From NCBI GenBank assembly GCA_012295275.1, contig CM022666.1, forward strand, positions 15,810,001-15,874,000: a stretch of DNA of 64,000 bases, in the 5' to 3' direction. Under the pieces are notes generated by a model. That model did not search any database. It was not told where the DNA came from and was given only the letters and a program-made list of their open reading frames with translations. Source of the stretch: Chrysomallon squamiferum. Its lineage: Eukaryota > Animalia > Mollusca. Made by a program: the position numbers and the translations under genes. This document shows positions 1 through 13,687 of this stretch, piece by piece (positions within the stretch are counted from its first letter, which is position 1; each line of letters opens with the position of its first letter).

Positions 1-169
1 AAGAAGTAAATATGTTACAGAAATACTCTCTTCATACTGCTTTACACTGCAACAAACTGTAAATATATTTATTTTTATAACAGACCCTCCGCCTCAGCAT
101 GTACCCAGTGGAGTAAGAATGAAGGATGTTTTGGAACTAACAATTTAACCACAGAACCCAATCCTCTCT

Positions 170-3100
170 CTAACACAGACAAATATTTTATATTTACAGC
201 CAGTGTCTTTTCTCTCTAACACAGACAAATATTTTATATTTACAGCCAGTGTCTTTTCTCTCTAACACAGACAAATATTTTATACTTACAGCCAGTGTGT
301 TTTGTATTTTATACTTACAGCCAGTGTGTTTTGTATCTAACAGACAAATATTTTATATTTACAGCCAGTGTCTTTTCTCTCTAACACAGACAAATATTTT
401 ATACTTACAGCTAGTGTTTTGTATCTAACACAGATAAATATTTTATGCTTACAGCCAGTGTGTTTTGTATCTAACACAGATAAATATTTTATATTTACAG
501 CCAGTGTGTTTTCTCTCTAACACAGACAAATATTTTATACTTACAGCCAGTGTGTTTTGTATCTAACACAGACAAATGTTTTATACTTACAGCCAGTGTG
601 TTTTGTATCTAACACAGACAAATATTTTATATTTACAGCCAGTGTGTTTTGTATCTAACACAGATAAATATTTTATACTTACAGCCAGTGTGTTTTGTAT
701 CTAACACAGATAAATATTTCATACTTACAGCCAGTGTGTTTTGTACATAACGGATAAATATTTTATACTTACAGCCAGTGTGTTTTGTATTTTATACTCA
801 CAGCCAGTGTGTTTTGTATTCTATACTTACAGCCAGTGTGTTTTGTATTTTATACTCACAGCCAGTGTGTTTTGTATTTTATACTCACAGCCAGTGTGTT
901 TTGTATTTTATAATTACAGCCAGTGTGTTTTGTATTTTATACTCACAGCTAGTGTGTTTTGTATTTTATACTCACAGCTAGTGTGTTTTGTATTTTATAC
1001 TCACAGCTAGTGTGTTTTGTATTTTATAATTACAGCCAGTGTGTTTTGTATTTTATACTTACAGCCAATGTGTTTTGTATTTTATACTTACAGCCAGTGT
1101 GTTTTGTATCTTATACTTACAGCCAGTGTGTTTTGTATTTTATACTTACAGCCAGTGTGTTTTGTATTCTATACTTACAGCCAGTGTTTCACGTAGAGGT
1201 CTGATTTCTTTCAGTACTGGGGCCAGTGTGTTTTGTATTCTATACTTACAGCCCACGTAGAGGTCTGATTGTTTTCAGTATTGGGGCCAGTGTGTTTTAT
1301 TCTATACTTACAGCCAGTGTTTCATGTGAGGTCTGATTTCTTTCAGTACTGGGGCCAGTGTGTTTTGTATTCTATACTTACAGCCAGTGTTTTGTAGAGG
1401 TCTGATTTCTTTCAGTACTGGGGCCAGTGTGTTTTGTATTCTATACTCACAGCCAGTGTTTCACGTAGAGGTCTGATTTCTTTCAGTACTGGGGCCAGTG
1501 TGTTTTGTATTCTATACTCACGTAGAGGTCTGATTTCTTTCAGTACTGGGGCCAGTGTGTTTTGTATTCTATACTCACAGCCAGTGTTTCACGTAGAGGT
1601 CTGATTTCTTTCAGTACTGGGGCCAGTGTGTTTTGTATTCTATACTCACAGCCAGTGTTTCACGTAGAGGTCTGATTTCTTTCAGGACTGGGGCCAGTGT
1701 GTTTTGTATTCTATACTCACAGCCAGTGTTTTAGAGGTCTGATTTCTTTCAGTACTGGGGCCAGTGTGTTTTGTATTCTATACTCACAGCCAGTGTTTCA
1801 ACGTAGAGGTCTGATTTCTTTCAGTACTGGGGCCAGTGTGTTTTGTATTCTATACTCACAGCCAGTGTTTCACGTAGAGGTCTGATTTCTTTCAGTACTG
1901 GGGCCAGTGTGTTTTGTATTCTATACTGGGGCCAGTGTGTTTTGTATTCTATACTTACAGCCAGTGTTTCACGTAGAGGTCTGATTTCTTTCAGTACTGG
2001 GGCCAGTGTGTTTTGTATTCTATACTTACAGCCAGTGTTTCACGTAGAGGTCTGATTTCTTTCAGTACTGGGGCCAGTGTGTTTTGTATTCTATACTTAC
2101 AGCCAGTGTTTCACGTAGAGGTCTGATTTCTTTCAGTACTGGGGCCAGTGTGTTTTGTATTCTATACTTACAGCCAGTGTGTTTTGTATTCTATACTTAC
2201 AGCCAGTGTTTCACGTAGAGGTCTGATTTCTTTCAGGACTGGGGCCAGTGTGTTTTGTATTCTATACTTACAGCCAGTGTTTCACGTAGAGGTCTGATTT
2301 CTTTCAGGACTGGGGCCAGTGTGTTTTGTATTCTATACTTACAGCCAGTGTTTCACGTAGAGGTCTGATTTCTTTCAGTACTGGGGCCAGTGTGTTTTGT
2401 ATTCTATACTTACAGCCAGTGTTTCACGTAGAGGTCTGATTTCTTTCAGTACTGGGGCCAGTGTGTTTTGTATTCTATACTTACAGCCAGTGTTTCACGT
2501 AGAGGTCTGATTTCTTTCAGGACTGGGGCCAGTGTGTTTTGTATTCTATACTTACAGCCAGTGTTTCCACGTAGAGGTCTGATTTCTTTCAGTACTGGGG
2601 CCAGTGTGTTTTGTATTCTATACTTACAGCCAGTGTTTCACGTAGAGGTCTGATTTCTTTCAGTACTGGGGCCAGTGTGTTTTGTATTCTATACTTACAG
2701 CCAGTGTTTCACGTAGAGGTCTGATTTCTTTCAGTACTGGGGCCAGTGTGTTTTGTATTCTATACTTACAGCCAGTGTTTCCACGTAGAGGTCTGATTTC
2801 TTTCAGTACTGGGGCCAGTGTGTTTTGTATTCTATACTTACAGCCAGTGTTTCACGTAGAGGTCTGATTTCTTTCAGGACTGGGGCCAGTGTGTTTTGTA
2901 TTCTATACTTACAGCCAGTGTTTCACGTAGAGGTCTGATTTCTTTCAGTACTGGGGCCAGTGTGTTTTGTATTCTATACTTACAGCCAGTGTTTCACGTA
3001 GAGGTCTGATTTCTTTCAGGACTGGGGCCAGTGTGTTTTGTATTCTATACTTACAGCCAGTGTTTTCCGTGAGAGGTCTGATTTCTTTCAGTACTGGGGC

Positions 3101-4218
3101 CAGTGTGTTTTGTATTCTATACTTACAGCCAGTGTTTCACGTAGAGGTCTGATTTCTTTCAGGACTGGGGCCAGTGTGTTTTGTATTCTATACTTACAGC
3201 CAGTGTTTCACGTAGAGGTCTGATTTCTTTCAGTACTGGGGCCAGTGTGTTTTGTATTCTATACTTACAGCCAGTGTTTCCGTGTAGAGGTCTGATTTCT
3301 TTCAGGACTGGGGCCAGTGTGTTTTGTATTCTGTACTTACAGCCAGTGTTTCACGTAGAGGTCTGATTTCTTTCAGTACTGGGGCCAGTGTGTTTTGTAT
3401 TCTGTACTTACAGCCAGTGTTTCACGTAGAGGTCTGATTTCTTTCAGTACTGGGGCCAGTGTGTTTTGTATTCTGTACTTACAGCCAGTGTTTCACGTAG
3501 AGGTCTGATTTCTTTCAGGACTGGGGCCAGTGTGTTTTGTATTCTATACTTACAGCCAGTGTTTCACGTAGAGGTCTGATTTCTTTCAGTACTGGGGCCA
3601 GTGTGTTTTGTATTCTGTACTTACAGCCAGTGTTTCGTAGAGGTCTGATTTCTTTCAGGACTGGGGCCAGTGTGTTTTGTATTCTATACTTACAGCCAGT
3701 GTTTCACGTAGAGGTCTGATTTCTTTCAGGACTGGGGCCAGTGTGTTTTGTATTCTATACTTACAGCCAGTGTTTCACGTAGAGGTCTGATTTCTTTCAG
3801 GACTGGGGCCAGTGTGTTTTGTATTCTATACTTACAGCCAGTGTTTCACGTAGAGGTCTGATTTCTTTCAGGACTGGGGCCAGTGTGTTTTGTATTCTAT
3901 ACTTACAGCCAGTGTTTCACGTAGAGGTCTGATTTCTTTCAGTACTGGGGCCAGTGTGTTTTGTATTCTATACTTACAGCCAGTGTTATTTGTATTTTAT
4001 ACTTACAGCCAGTGTTATTTGTATTCTATACTTACAGCCAGTGTTATTTGTATTCTATACTTACAGCCAGTGTTATTTGTATTCTATACTTACAGCCAGT
4101 GTTTCACGTAGAGGTCTGATTTCTTTCAGGACTGGGGCCAGTGTGTTTTGTATTCTATACTTACAGCCAGTGTTTCACGTAGAGGTCTGATTTCTTTCAG
4201 GACTGGGGCCAGTGTGTT
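170..4218 (-). repeat. Compound minisatellite built from an IFT81 donor junction (46-bp, 29-bp and 71-bp units)
   Basis: Nearly every unit carries ACACTGGCT|GTAAGT or a close variant (minus), the exon end at 4165. About 13 x 46 bp (170-775), about 14 x 29 bp (775-1180), about 40 x 71 bp (1180-4218), plus a short 29-bp block near 3960-4100. Confidence 0.97.
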
Positions 4219-4657
4219 TCGTTTTTCTCCTATTGCTGTGTGCAGGCGACGAACCATCTCAGAGATGTCTTCCAGCGTCCGTCCCTTTGTCTCATCCAGG
4301 TCTGTCTTGATTGAAGACACCTTCTCCAGTTCTTCCTGTGTCTGACGATACCCAGCCACGCCCTTCTTCCTCTCCAGGGCAGACTGAAAATCAAGAAGTA
4401 TTTCACGAAATGATTAAAACATTTTTATATAATTAAACACTTATACTTAAACATTATACAGACAGTAAAATGAAACCCACGACTGATGTGACACAGGCTG
4501 CTTGTTTACCGACTGGCATTAACAGATCTTTTATATGTATCTTCCTAGAAACAGGACAACACATACCACAGATTTTCATAAATATGGCAGGGAAAATGAA
4601 ACAGCACAGGTCCTTTTTGAAATATAAATTCAAGTCATCATTTTGTGTTCTTACACT

Positions 4658-4702
<45 letters not shown>

Positions 4703-7700
4703 TATATCTGAGTAATATGATGGTTTGCTGTCTGTGTATACATTAAAATAGTGAATCTCACCAGCTGAGTGTTGATGCTTTCGTCCCTTTGTCTGAGAAT
4801 GTCTCCGGTCCGAGTCAGCACTCCGAGTTCAGCTTTCAGCTCAGCAAGTTCCTGTCTTCGTTTCTTGTAGATAGTGCTCTTACTTCTCAGCTTGTTCACG
4901 TACCGCTTGAACTGAAACAGAAAGCTTTATACCATCACTAATCCAGCATTACTGGGACGTGTATGATGCCAGATTAGTGATTTTGCCTGATGACAGGATT
5001 GAATACTCTTAATTTAACTGCTCATCACCTCATCCGGTCTTTGAAATACCAGTAAACAAGTCTGTGAAGTGTTTATTTGCATGTTCTGCCTTATCTTTTT
5101 TAATGGATAATGTGTGTGCTTTACACAACTGAGAACCATCTGCTTTATTCATTGAAAGCATGGTTATGGTTTTTTTAAATCTAGTAATCTATCAGGATGT
5201 CCTCACCTCCTCCCCCTTGAGCACCTCACCCCCCTCGGCATCTTTAGCGAGCTCCCTCTTCTGTTCCACTTCCTGAATGGTTTTGTTGTACTCCTCCCTC
5301 ATCAGTCGCAGGTTCTCTGCAGCCGAGTCTTTCTTGTGCGATATAATACCAGCCTGAAAATAGTGACAGTGTAACGATATAATACCAGCCTAAAAATAGT
5401 GGCAGTGTAACGATATAATACCAGACTAAAAGTAGCGACAGTGTAACGATATAATACCAGCCTGAAAATAGTGACAGTGTAACGATATAATACCAGCCTA
5501 AAAATAGTGACAGTGTAACGATATAATACCAGACTAAAAATAGTGACAGTGTAACGATATAATACCAGCCTAAAAGTAGTGACAGTGTAACGATATAATA
5601 CCAGCCTGAAAATAGTGGCAGTGTAACGATATAATACCAGCCTAAAAGTAGCGACAGTGTAACGATATAATACCAGCCTAAAAATGGTGACAGTGTAACG
5701 ATATAATACCAGCCTAAAAATAGTGACAGTGTAACAATATAATACCAGCCTAAAAATAGTGACAGTGTAACAATATAATACCAGCCTAAAAACAGTGACA
5801 GTGTAACAATATAATACCAGCCTAAAAATAGTGACAGTGTAACGATATAATACCAGCCTGAAAACAGTGACAGTGTCACGAACCATTAATGACCTGTTTG
5901 TAATATTAAGGGTTATTTCATAAGTCTAAATATAGAAACAGTGCAATGAATCATTAACAACAGAGTTTAGAATTGATGAATGTATCAAACATTTTCTTGT
6001 ATATTTGTAAAAAGAAAAACGAAAGCTGGAATTCTTGTTTAGCCACAAGGTTACTTTCATATGTGCCTTCCCATACCCAGGAAAAAAGATAGAGCTACAT
6101 ATATTTCTCACCTGTTTGCTGAACAGGGAAAGTTTGTCGTCTGACAATTCTGAAGTTGACATTTTTTTCTCATACAGCTTGTTAACCTCAGCATTAAGTT
6201 CGGTGATCTAAAAAAAAATAATAATAATTAAAAAAATATTAATATAGAACATAAAATAGATTTTTAAATATGTAGATTTGTTAGTAATATTAATAATAAT
6301 AATCATAGTAATAAAGTTCAGTTTATTAAATGAAATTACAAAGAAAGATAAAATATATAATATTTTAAACTTAATATATGTAACTATTAAGAAAACAAAC
6401 TGAAACAACAAAAAAAAATAAACAAACAAACAAATCAACAGACAAATAAATAATAATAAAATCAATATAAAAAGATACTGCAAAGATTCCTTCAAAAACA
6501 GGTTGAGAGTCTGAAATTTGAAAATATGACACATTTCCTGTCCCTATAATTTCAGATAACTGGTATATTTAAATAATAAAAGTTCAACATATTTTAACAT
6601 TAATATGTGTTAAACATGCAGCATTTGTCTTAAAAACAGGTGAGAAAACTTTAATGTCACTACATCAAATACCCTTACAAAACGTTATCATTTATAAGTA
6701 CCCTCCCATACTCCGGAAAGCACGACGTTTCATGAATCAGCTAAGACACTGATTAATACAGCACCTGTTTATTGAGGACTTCGAGGTCGGAGTGGCCCAT
6801 GGCTGGTTCCTGGACGACTTTCTGCAGCGATTCCACGGTTTTCTTCTTTGCTGTGATTTCCTTCGGCAGTCGATCTTTCACGATGAACCCATTAGCTCGA
6901 GTCTCCTCTTCCAGTCTACTCAGCAGACCTGACACACGAGAAATTGTTTAAAATACAGCGTCTACGTTTTAATACATTTGTTCTCTGTGTCTACGTTTTA
7001 TTAGATTTGTTCTCTGTGTCTATATTTTATTAGATTTCTTTTTGTGTCTATTAATTAAAAAGATTTGTTATTTACTAATATCAAGTTAACAGCTGTAGGG
7101 CCAGTCTCCAAAATTAAATGTTTTATTAGATTTGTTCTCTGTGTCTATTTTTTTTATTAGATTTGTTGTTGCATCTACATTTTATTAAATTTGTTCTCTG
7201 TGTCTACATTTTATTAGATTTGTTCTCTCTTTCTACATTTTAAAAAGATTTCTTCTTCACTATTATCAAGTTAAAAGCTGTAAGGCCTGTCTCTAAAATG
7301 ACATGTTGTATCCTGCTAAACTTCGAATGGTTGAATGTTTCTATCAACAACTTAGCAATAATGATTTGAAAATCATTGCTGTTTCCCAGCTTTTGGACAA
7401 ATGTGTGCATGTTACAAAGTTTGGGAGTAAATATTTTACAGTGATTGACAATGCAAACAAGAAATAAAATGACTAACAAAGAATCAGATGATAAAGATCA
7501 TGTGAAAAACTTAAAATCTTTTTTTTTTTTTTTTTGTTAAATTTTGAATACTGAAAAATGAACATGATTGTTCTTTTCACTCTACCTTCCACATTTAGGA
7601 AAATACTTAAAATATTTAGCTTTATTGTTAAAAAGAGTAATAAAGGACACAACAGACTTTATTTCTGTTTTCAGAATGGATGGCAAACAAAAGAAGATGT

Positions 7701-9837
7701 AAAATAAGTACAAACCATCAGGAGTTGCGCCCACCGATGATTGTCTGATCTGGTCGAGTTGTGACTGCATCCGTTTTAGTCTCTGTTCAGCATGTTGAAT
7801 CTGTACACAAATAAATTTAAAAATAAAAGTATACATTACACAGACACACACAAACACCCACACACATAGACAGACAGGCACACACACATGCAGACTCACA
7901 GACACACACACACAAGCATATATTAACAAGCATTTAAAATTAAAAAAATTTAAATAAATTATTAAAATGCTAATTTCACTCATTCCTGTATTATATTATT
8001 AATTATTATTTATAAAATAATAAAAATAATACTAACAATAAAACCCTGCAATATTCGTAATTTAATATTTTACATGAATAATGTATCTGCACACATGAAC
8101 TTTTGTGAATTAAAAAAAATAACATAACTGGGACAATTTTGGTGTAACAGATAAATAAATAAATGAACAGAACACACTTGTTGCATGCACACATACACAA
8201 AAGAAAGATAGGAAAACTGAAACAACTCACATTAAGCATCTGTTCTTGTTTCTGAGCTCCGATTTTCTTTTCTCTGTCTCGCTCAATTCTCAGGTTCTTA
8301 GCAACATTCATCATTTGAGTGGCATTTGGGTGAGACTCAACCTGTACAGATTTATCATCAACTCAATTTATTTTTGTTTTTATTTATTAAAAGAAATTAC
8401 TCTGCAGTATGTGAATGAGCACATTATTATAAACTGTAAACATAAAATATAAATAAAAAGTTCAAAATACATGTAAATGGAAAGTTTTTTTTATCATATT
8501 TAATTAGATCTTGGATGTATGGCTTTTGTATAAAGATGATAATATAACAGAGATAATAACATATGAATGCTGCCATTTTACATGCACCATCCACTTGCAA
8601 AAAAGCCAGTGATTTATACAAAGGTCATTTTATTCAACACCCAATAACAATCCATGCCAAATACCTAACTTGTGATTCACAGATCACTGTCCAGTATTTT
8701 ACATATCTACACAAACAAAAGCAAGTATTATTAATAAATACATGAGTTAAGGCCAGTACAATTAATAAATGTGTTTTACAACTCACCTTCCGCCGCAGTC
8801 TTTCAATCCTTTTAAGGAGTTGCTCCTTCTCGTCCTCCATGTTTGCGATGTCTTTGCGAATCTCGGCAGTGTTGAAACCCTGAGCTTTCAGTGTGTCCGC
8901 CTGTCTGTGTAACTCCTTGAACTGCTCCATCAGATCTTCATACTGTAGTTAAAATTAATATCCAGTAAGTGTATGTATAAAAAAAACAATGTAATTAAAT
9001 AACAACAACAACAAAAAAAAAAAAAAAAATATTTAAAAATAAATAAAAATAAATAAATAACAAAACAATTAAATTTTGAATAAAGTATTTTAAATATAAA
9101 TGATGTCTAGGGCTAAACATTTGAATTAGGGTTAGTTTAGCATTTCCATATGTTTAAACAAACAAACAAACAAACAAACAAATAAATAAATAAATAAATA
9201 AACAAACAAAGTGTAACACCGATGCAGGAGTTATAACGATTAATTTTTTTATATATATAACACAATTACTTGGAAGTATGTAAAATATATTTACACTACT
9301 TGTACAGGTCAGCACCCAGGTAAAGTTTAATTACAGGTAAACATTTGTGATACCTGAGAGTAGATGCTGATGACTTCATCGTCCTGCATGACGTCTGGCG
9401 GAACTTCTATTCTCACTAAGTACTTCGCCAGGTAAGCTCGTTTCTGCAACTCGGGAATTCGAGAGAGGAGCCATTCTAGAATGGGATAAATTACTGGTTT
9501 CTCTGCTTGAACCAGACCAGCTCGAAACTCACTCCTACAAAAACAGAATCACTTTCTCATATATTAGACGCTACTGAAGAGTTTTAAAAAAAAATGATTA
9601 ATTAAAAAAAGTCAGTTTATAACACTTCTTTTAAGTAAAAAGTCAGTTAATTTAGAAAATGAGTTAAACCTTTAATGCAATATAACAAATAATGCCAGAA
9701 CAATACTGATAAGAAATATCATTCAGAAAGTAAAGTAAACCCTTGAGAGAAAATATTTTATACAATCCCATGATATCAATAACATATTAACTTGTTTCAT
9801 TCGTGTCATAATAAAGGGTCTAACTTAAGTGGTTGTT

Positions 9838-9876
<39 letters not shown>

Positions 9877-10513
9877 TTTTCCCCAAGAAATATAGTTTAA
9901 GGGGAAAAAAGATTTTTTTTTTTTTTTTTAAATTATTATTATTTACTTATGCCACAGGGATGCCAGGCATCATTTTTGTTTTTTTGTTCAAAAACAGTTC
10001 AGTAAAATTTAGGTGAGGAATAAAAAACATTTAAAGAATGAAAAAAATTATTAATATAATTATAAAGTATGATATAAATTAATGTCTTACAAGTTTCCGA
10101 CATCTGTTGGAGGTTTGTATTTGAGAATTCTCAAAGCCTGAAAAAGTCTAACTGCAGTTTGATCTGGAGTCTCCTCTCGAATGTCAAGTTTTTGCTGCAA
10201 AAAAAAAAAAAAAAAGATTAAAAATTGAAAATTAAAAACCCTTATATATAATAAATATTAAATTTGTTATTGTTAGAAAAATATTATAACATTTTATTAT
10301 GAATTATAGCTCATATAAAATTTGAAAAATTAATTTACTATATTAATATTATAGATTTGTTTTCTGCTTACAATTAAATACTAAATACATATAAATACAC
10401 ATAACTAATACATATACACTTTCAAGAAAATATTCATTAAGACAAATAAATACATGCTGTTATATCTATATTTATTTATTGTTTTTTTTTAATGTAAAAA
10501 AGATTATTTAAAA

Positions 10514-10555
<42 letters not shown>

Positions 10556-10725
10556 ATATATTGATAGATAGATAAAAATACCTTAGGGTCAATGACTGCC
10601 AGTACATCATTAAGAACCTGAAGAAGTTGTAGCGGTTCGAGCGAGTCAAATGAAATAAGATTATAGTTTCTGTTGAAAGGCTCCTTATTCAGCTCTTGGA
10701 CTATGAACTTAAGCTGCTCGCTCAT
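4165..10725 (-). CDS. IFT81: Intraflagellar transport protein 81 (IFT-B), 5' part; 11 coding exons in window, gene continues past position 1
   Basis: Phase-consistent GT-AG exons (minus): 10725-10582, 10194-10091, 9534-9354, 8942-8787, 8341-8231, 7800-7716, 6928-6765, 6207-6112, 5353-5207, 4911-4762, 4383-4165. Translation [42 protein letters not shown]...[10 protein letters not shown]...[24 protein letters not shown]...[34 protein letters not shown] matches IFT81 as I recall it. Confidence 0.96.
5339..5876 (-). repeat. 36-bp tandem array, 15 copies, of an IFT81 acceptor junction
   Basis: Unit (minus) TTACACTGTCACTATTTTYAG|GCTGGTATTATATCG. The last copy is the real acceptor of exon 5353-5207. 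Confidence 0.96.
6958..7300. repeat. Degenerate ~29-bp intronic minisatellite with an internal ~190-bp duplication
   Basis: TCTACRTTTTATTAGATTTGTTCTCTGTG repeated; TATCAAGTTAAMAGCTGTARGGCC occurs near 7079 and 7264. Confidence 0.75.
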
Positions 10726-10734
10726 TTTCGAAAC

Positions 10735-11666
10735 TCTAACAAAAACACAAATAATAATAATAATAAAATTATTTTTAAAAATTAGAATGAAAGGTTATTT
10801 TACTTTTCTCAGACAAAAATTTCATTAATTTATTCCATATATGTCTGGATAAAATAGCTTGTTGAACGGTGCTGTAAACTCAAACTAATTATCGTCGACT
10901 AAAGGTTCGATACGAAATTATGTTCACAACAAATAATAAAATATGAAGATGACTTAGATGTCATATTTATAGCAACAAAACAAACATATTTTCACTGCAT
11001 CTTACTTATTTCACAACAAATCCAAACTGTTCGGATATAACAGTATTTCTTTTCGATTGTCCTCCGACTGCTGAAATTATTTGTTTTTAAAATTTCATAT
11101 TCGTAATAAAAATTCCAAACTGAGCAGGCGAAACTATTTCAGCTAGATTGGTTTTTGTAGTTATTGTAATTGCATGATATAAACAAATAAATTCAGCGTA
11201 GCACGCAAAAGTGTACAGGCCACATTCATATTTAACTTCCTCCAGAAAATCTCAAGTATTAATATCTTCCCTTACAGTGCAGTACATTAACAATTTAGAA
11301 TTTTTTTTACTAAATGTAAATTACATTGTTATTACAGTTATTATTGTCTAATCTTGCTACTTTCATTTAGATGCTGTTTTAATTATCAAATGCTTAAATG
11401 TTGTCGTTTCCTTCATTTTTTGATTTGGTATTGGTACAATTACAAATTGATATCGGAATATAATAATCCATATTTAAATATATTTTGCACAGTATAAATT
11501 GCAGCTACATATATTTCTGTGTTCGGAAATTATTAATAGTGATAATTATTTATACGATCAATGACATGTCATTTTATTGCAGAGTCTGTTTATTATATCG
11601 GATCTCTACTATTAACCGGTACGGTAGAAAATAATAACAGAAAAAGCAACGTGTACTTCCTGTGCA
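10735..11666. promoter_or_regulatory. Probable bidirectional promoter / 5' UTR region between IFT81 and SPCS2
   Basis: Divergent start codons at 10725 (-) and 11667 (+), about 940 bp apart. The IFT81 ATG exon has an acceptor just upstream (tttttgttag) and a candidate donor near 11005, implying a 5' UTR exon. ETS-like ACTTCCTG lies just before the SPCS2 ATG. Confidence 0.65.
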
Positions 11667-13647
11667 ATGGGTGCTGAAAAGAGCAAAGATTCGAAATCAG
11701 GAAAGGTTTTTATCATTTGCTGATGTTTTATTTACTTTTCTTGATATATCTGTCAAATGCTTGAAAATACATTAATGCATAGAGTGCACACACAACTGTG
11801 TGAAAATATAAAGTGCATATGAAGTTCTTAGTGAGATCCATATGGCGATCTTCCGCTCGTCTCCGAATCGCAGACTCGTACAACTATGTAGTTTCATATA
11901 CGCTGTCGTCTAATAGTAGTACGGTCTAACCGTCTATGCTTCAGAAATAAGATATTAATGTGACAGTCATAACAATATTTATCCAAAATTTATGATTTTT
12001 CAACCGCTTTAATCTTCTCCAAGCGGATGTATTTTTCACTGGAATCTTTATTCATTAAATTCAAATTGTTCTATGTATAAAAAAAATATATTATTGTTAC
12101 AACATACGAAAAGCCATAAAGAACACTAATAATAATATAGTAATATCAAATTTGGTTAAGTTACATCAACTACCAAGCCATTTATTTACAATTTTTAGTT
12201 ATTATTTTATAATCATGCTGATACCCAGATACTGAGATAGTGAGATAGTGCACAAATTAGAAAACTTGTATCATACAAATGATAGTTGATACATGTAAAT
12301 TTAATGATGTATCAAAAAAAAAAAAAAAAAAAATACCAGAGATTTTGTTATTCAAGTAGATTATAGAGTTGTTAAAATTAGCAAAATATTCTGTGTGTTT
12401 AGTTTTAGAATATAATGTACAAATTAACACAGAAAAATCGCCACTTTTATCAAATATTTTGCAATTTATTTAAATTTTTAACAGGGTAGATATGTAATAA
12501 TTAATATTAATTATAATAATATAAAAATATAACATTGATGAAATGTAATATTGTATTTTTGTCTTAAACATATTAGATCAGTCATGTTATGCAAAAATAT
12601 TTTGATTCATTTACTATTTTTTATTTATTTTTATTTTATTTTATTTTTATGAAGGGGGATGACCAAGTTAAAATAGATAAATGGGATTCCTCTGCCCTTA
12701 AAAATAGTTTGGATGATGCTGCCAAAAAGGTAAAATTCCTTACAACTAAATGTTTTTTATTTAGATGCTCATAGACTAGAGATTTTTGGAGTATTTTTGA
12801 AATTGTAATTGAAATGTTTTAATGATAAAACATGGGCTACAGTTAAACTGTGTGTTTATATGTTTTCTACAGAAAATTAAACTTTGTAATATTATTTGAA
12901 AACTTTTATTTTATTTAACAACTACCAACATTTAATTCATATTCATGACTGTAAAACATTCTTTCTTTAAGTTTAATTGAATTTAAAGCTGTTGATTAGT
13001 GGTTAAAAGATCAAAACTTATTTCCATTTTTTTTCTATTTCGTAATTAATAAATTAACTTTGACTCTGTTTACATACAAGCCTACATTCTCTTTTCAACA
13101 AAAATCTTTACCTCCACCCTTTTAATACAACATAAACTGTAAGTCGATACATAAGCTATGAATATTTATATACCTTTAAAACTAACCTAGGTTCTGCTTG
13201 ACACATATGGCTACAAGGAATCTCACAGGCTGATAGATTGTCGTCTGGGAATTTGCACTGTGGCTGTAGCTTTTGCTGCATTTGCTCTCGTCTGGGACTA
13301 CCTGAGACCGTTTCCAGAGTCTCGGCCAGTTCTTGTTGCCTGCGTCTTGTCGTATCCTTTTATGTGACAAATTTCAGTGATAGAAATACATCTTAGGGTC
13401 TGGGGATACACGAAAATCTGTGAGGGTGAGGCTTAGAAGAAGGGGGGAGAGATGTAGGTGGTGCTACTCCCTCCATGTGAAATTTTTGGAGTCTGTAAAT
13501 ACAGTTTGTTGTTTGGCAGATAATCGAAAATGTATTATCTACACTGATTTGGTCTACAGTTGCAGTTAATGTACGTTCTCAATACTCTGTGGGAAAGTCA
13601 GTACAAGACAGTACATGCAGCTGACTTACAAGAGTAACCCAGGCTGT

Positions 13648-13687
<40 letters not shown>

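Noticed and set aside
741-4190. Many plus-strand ORFs (ILTASVFCILY...)
   Set aside because: Translations of the antisense strand of the IFT81 donor array; not genes.
5244-5886. 211-aa and 194-aa repetitive ORFs
   Set aside because: Off-frame readings of the 36-bp acceptor array; the IFT81 frame is the third one.
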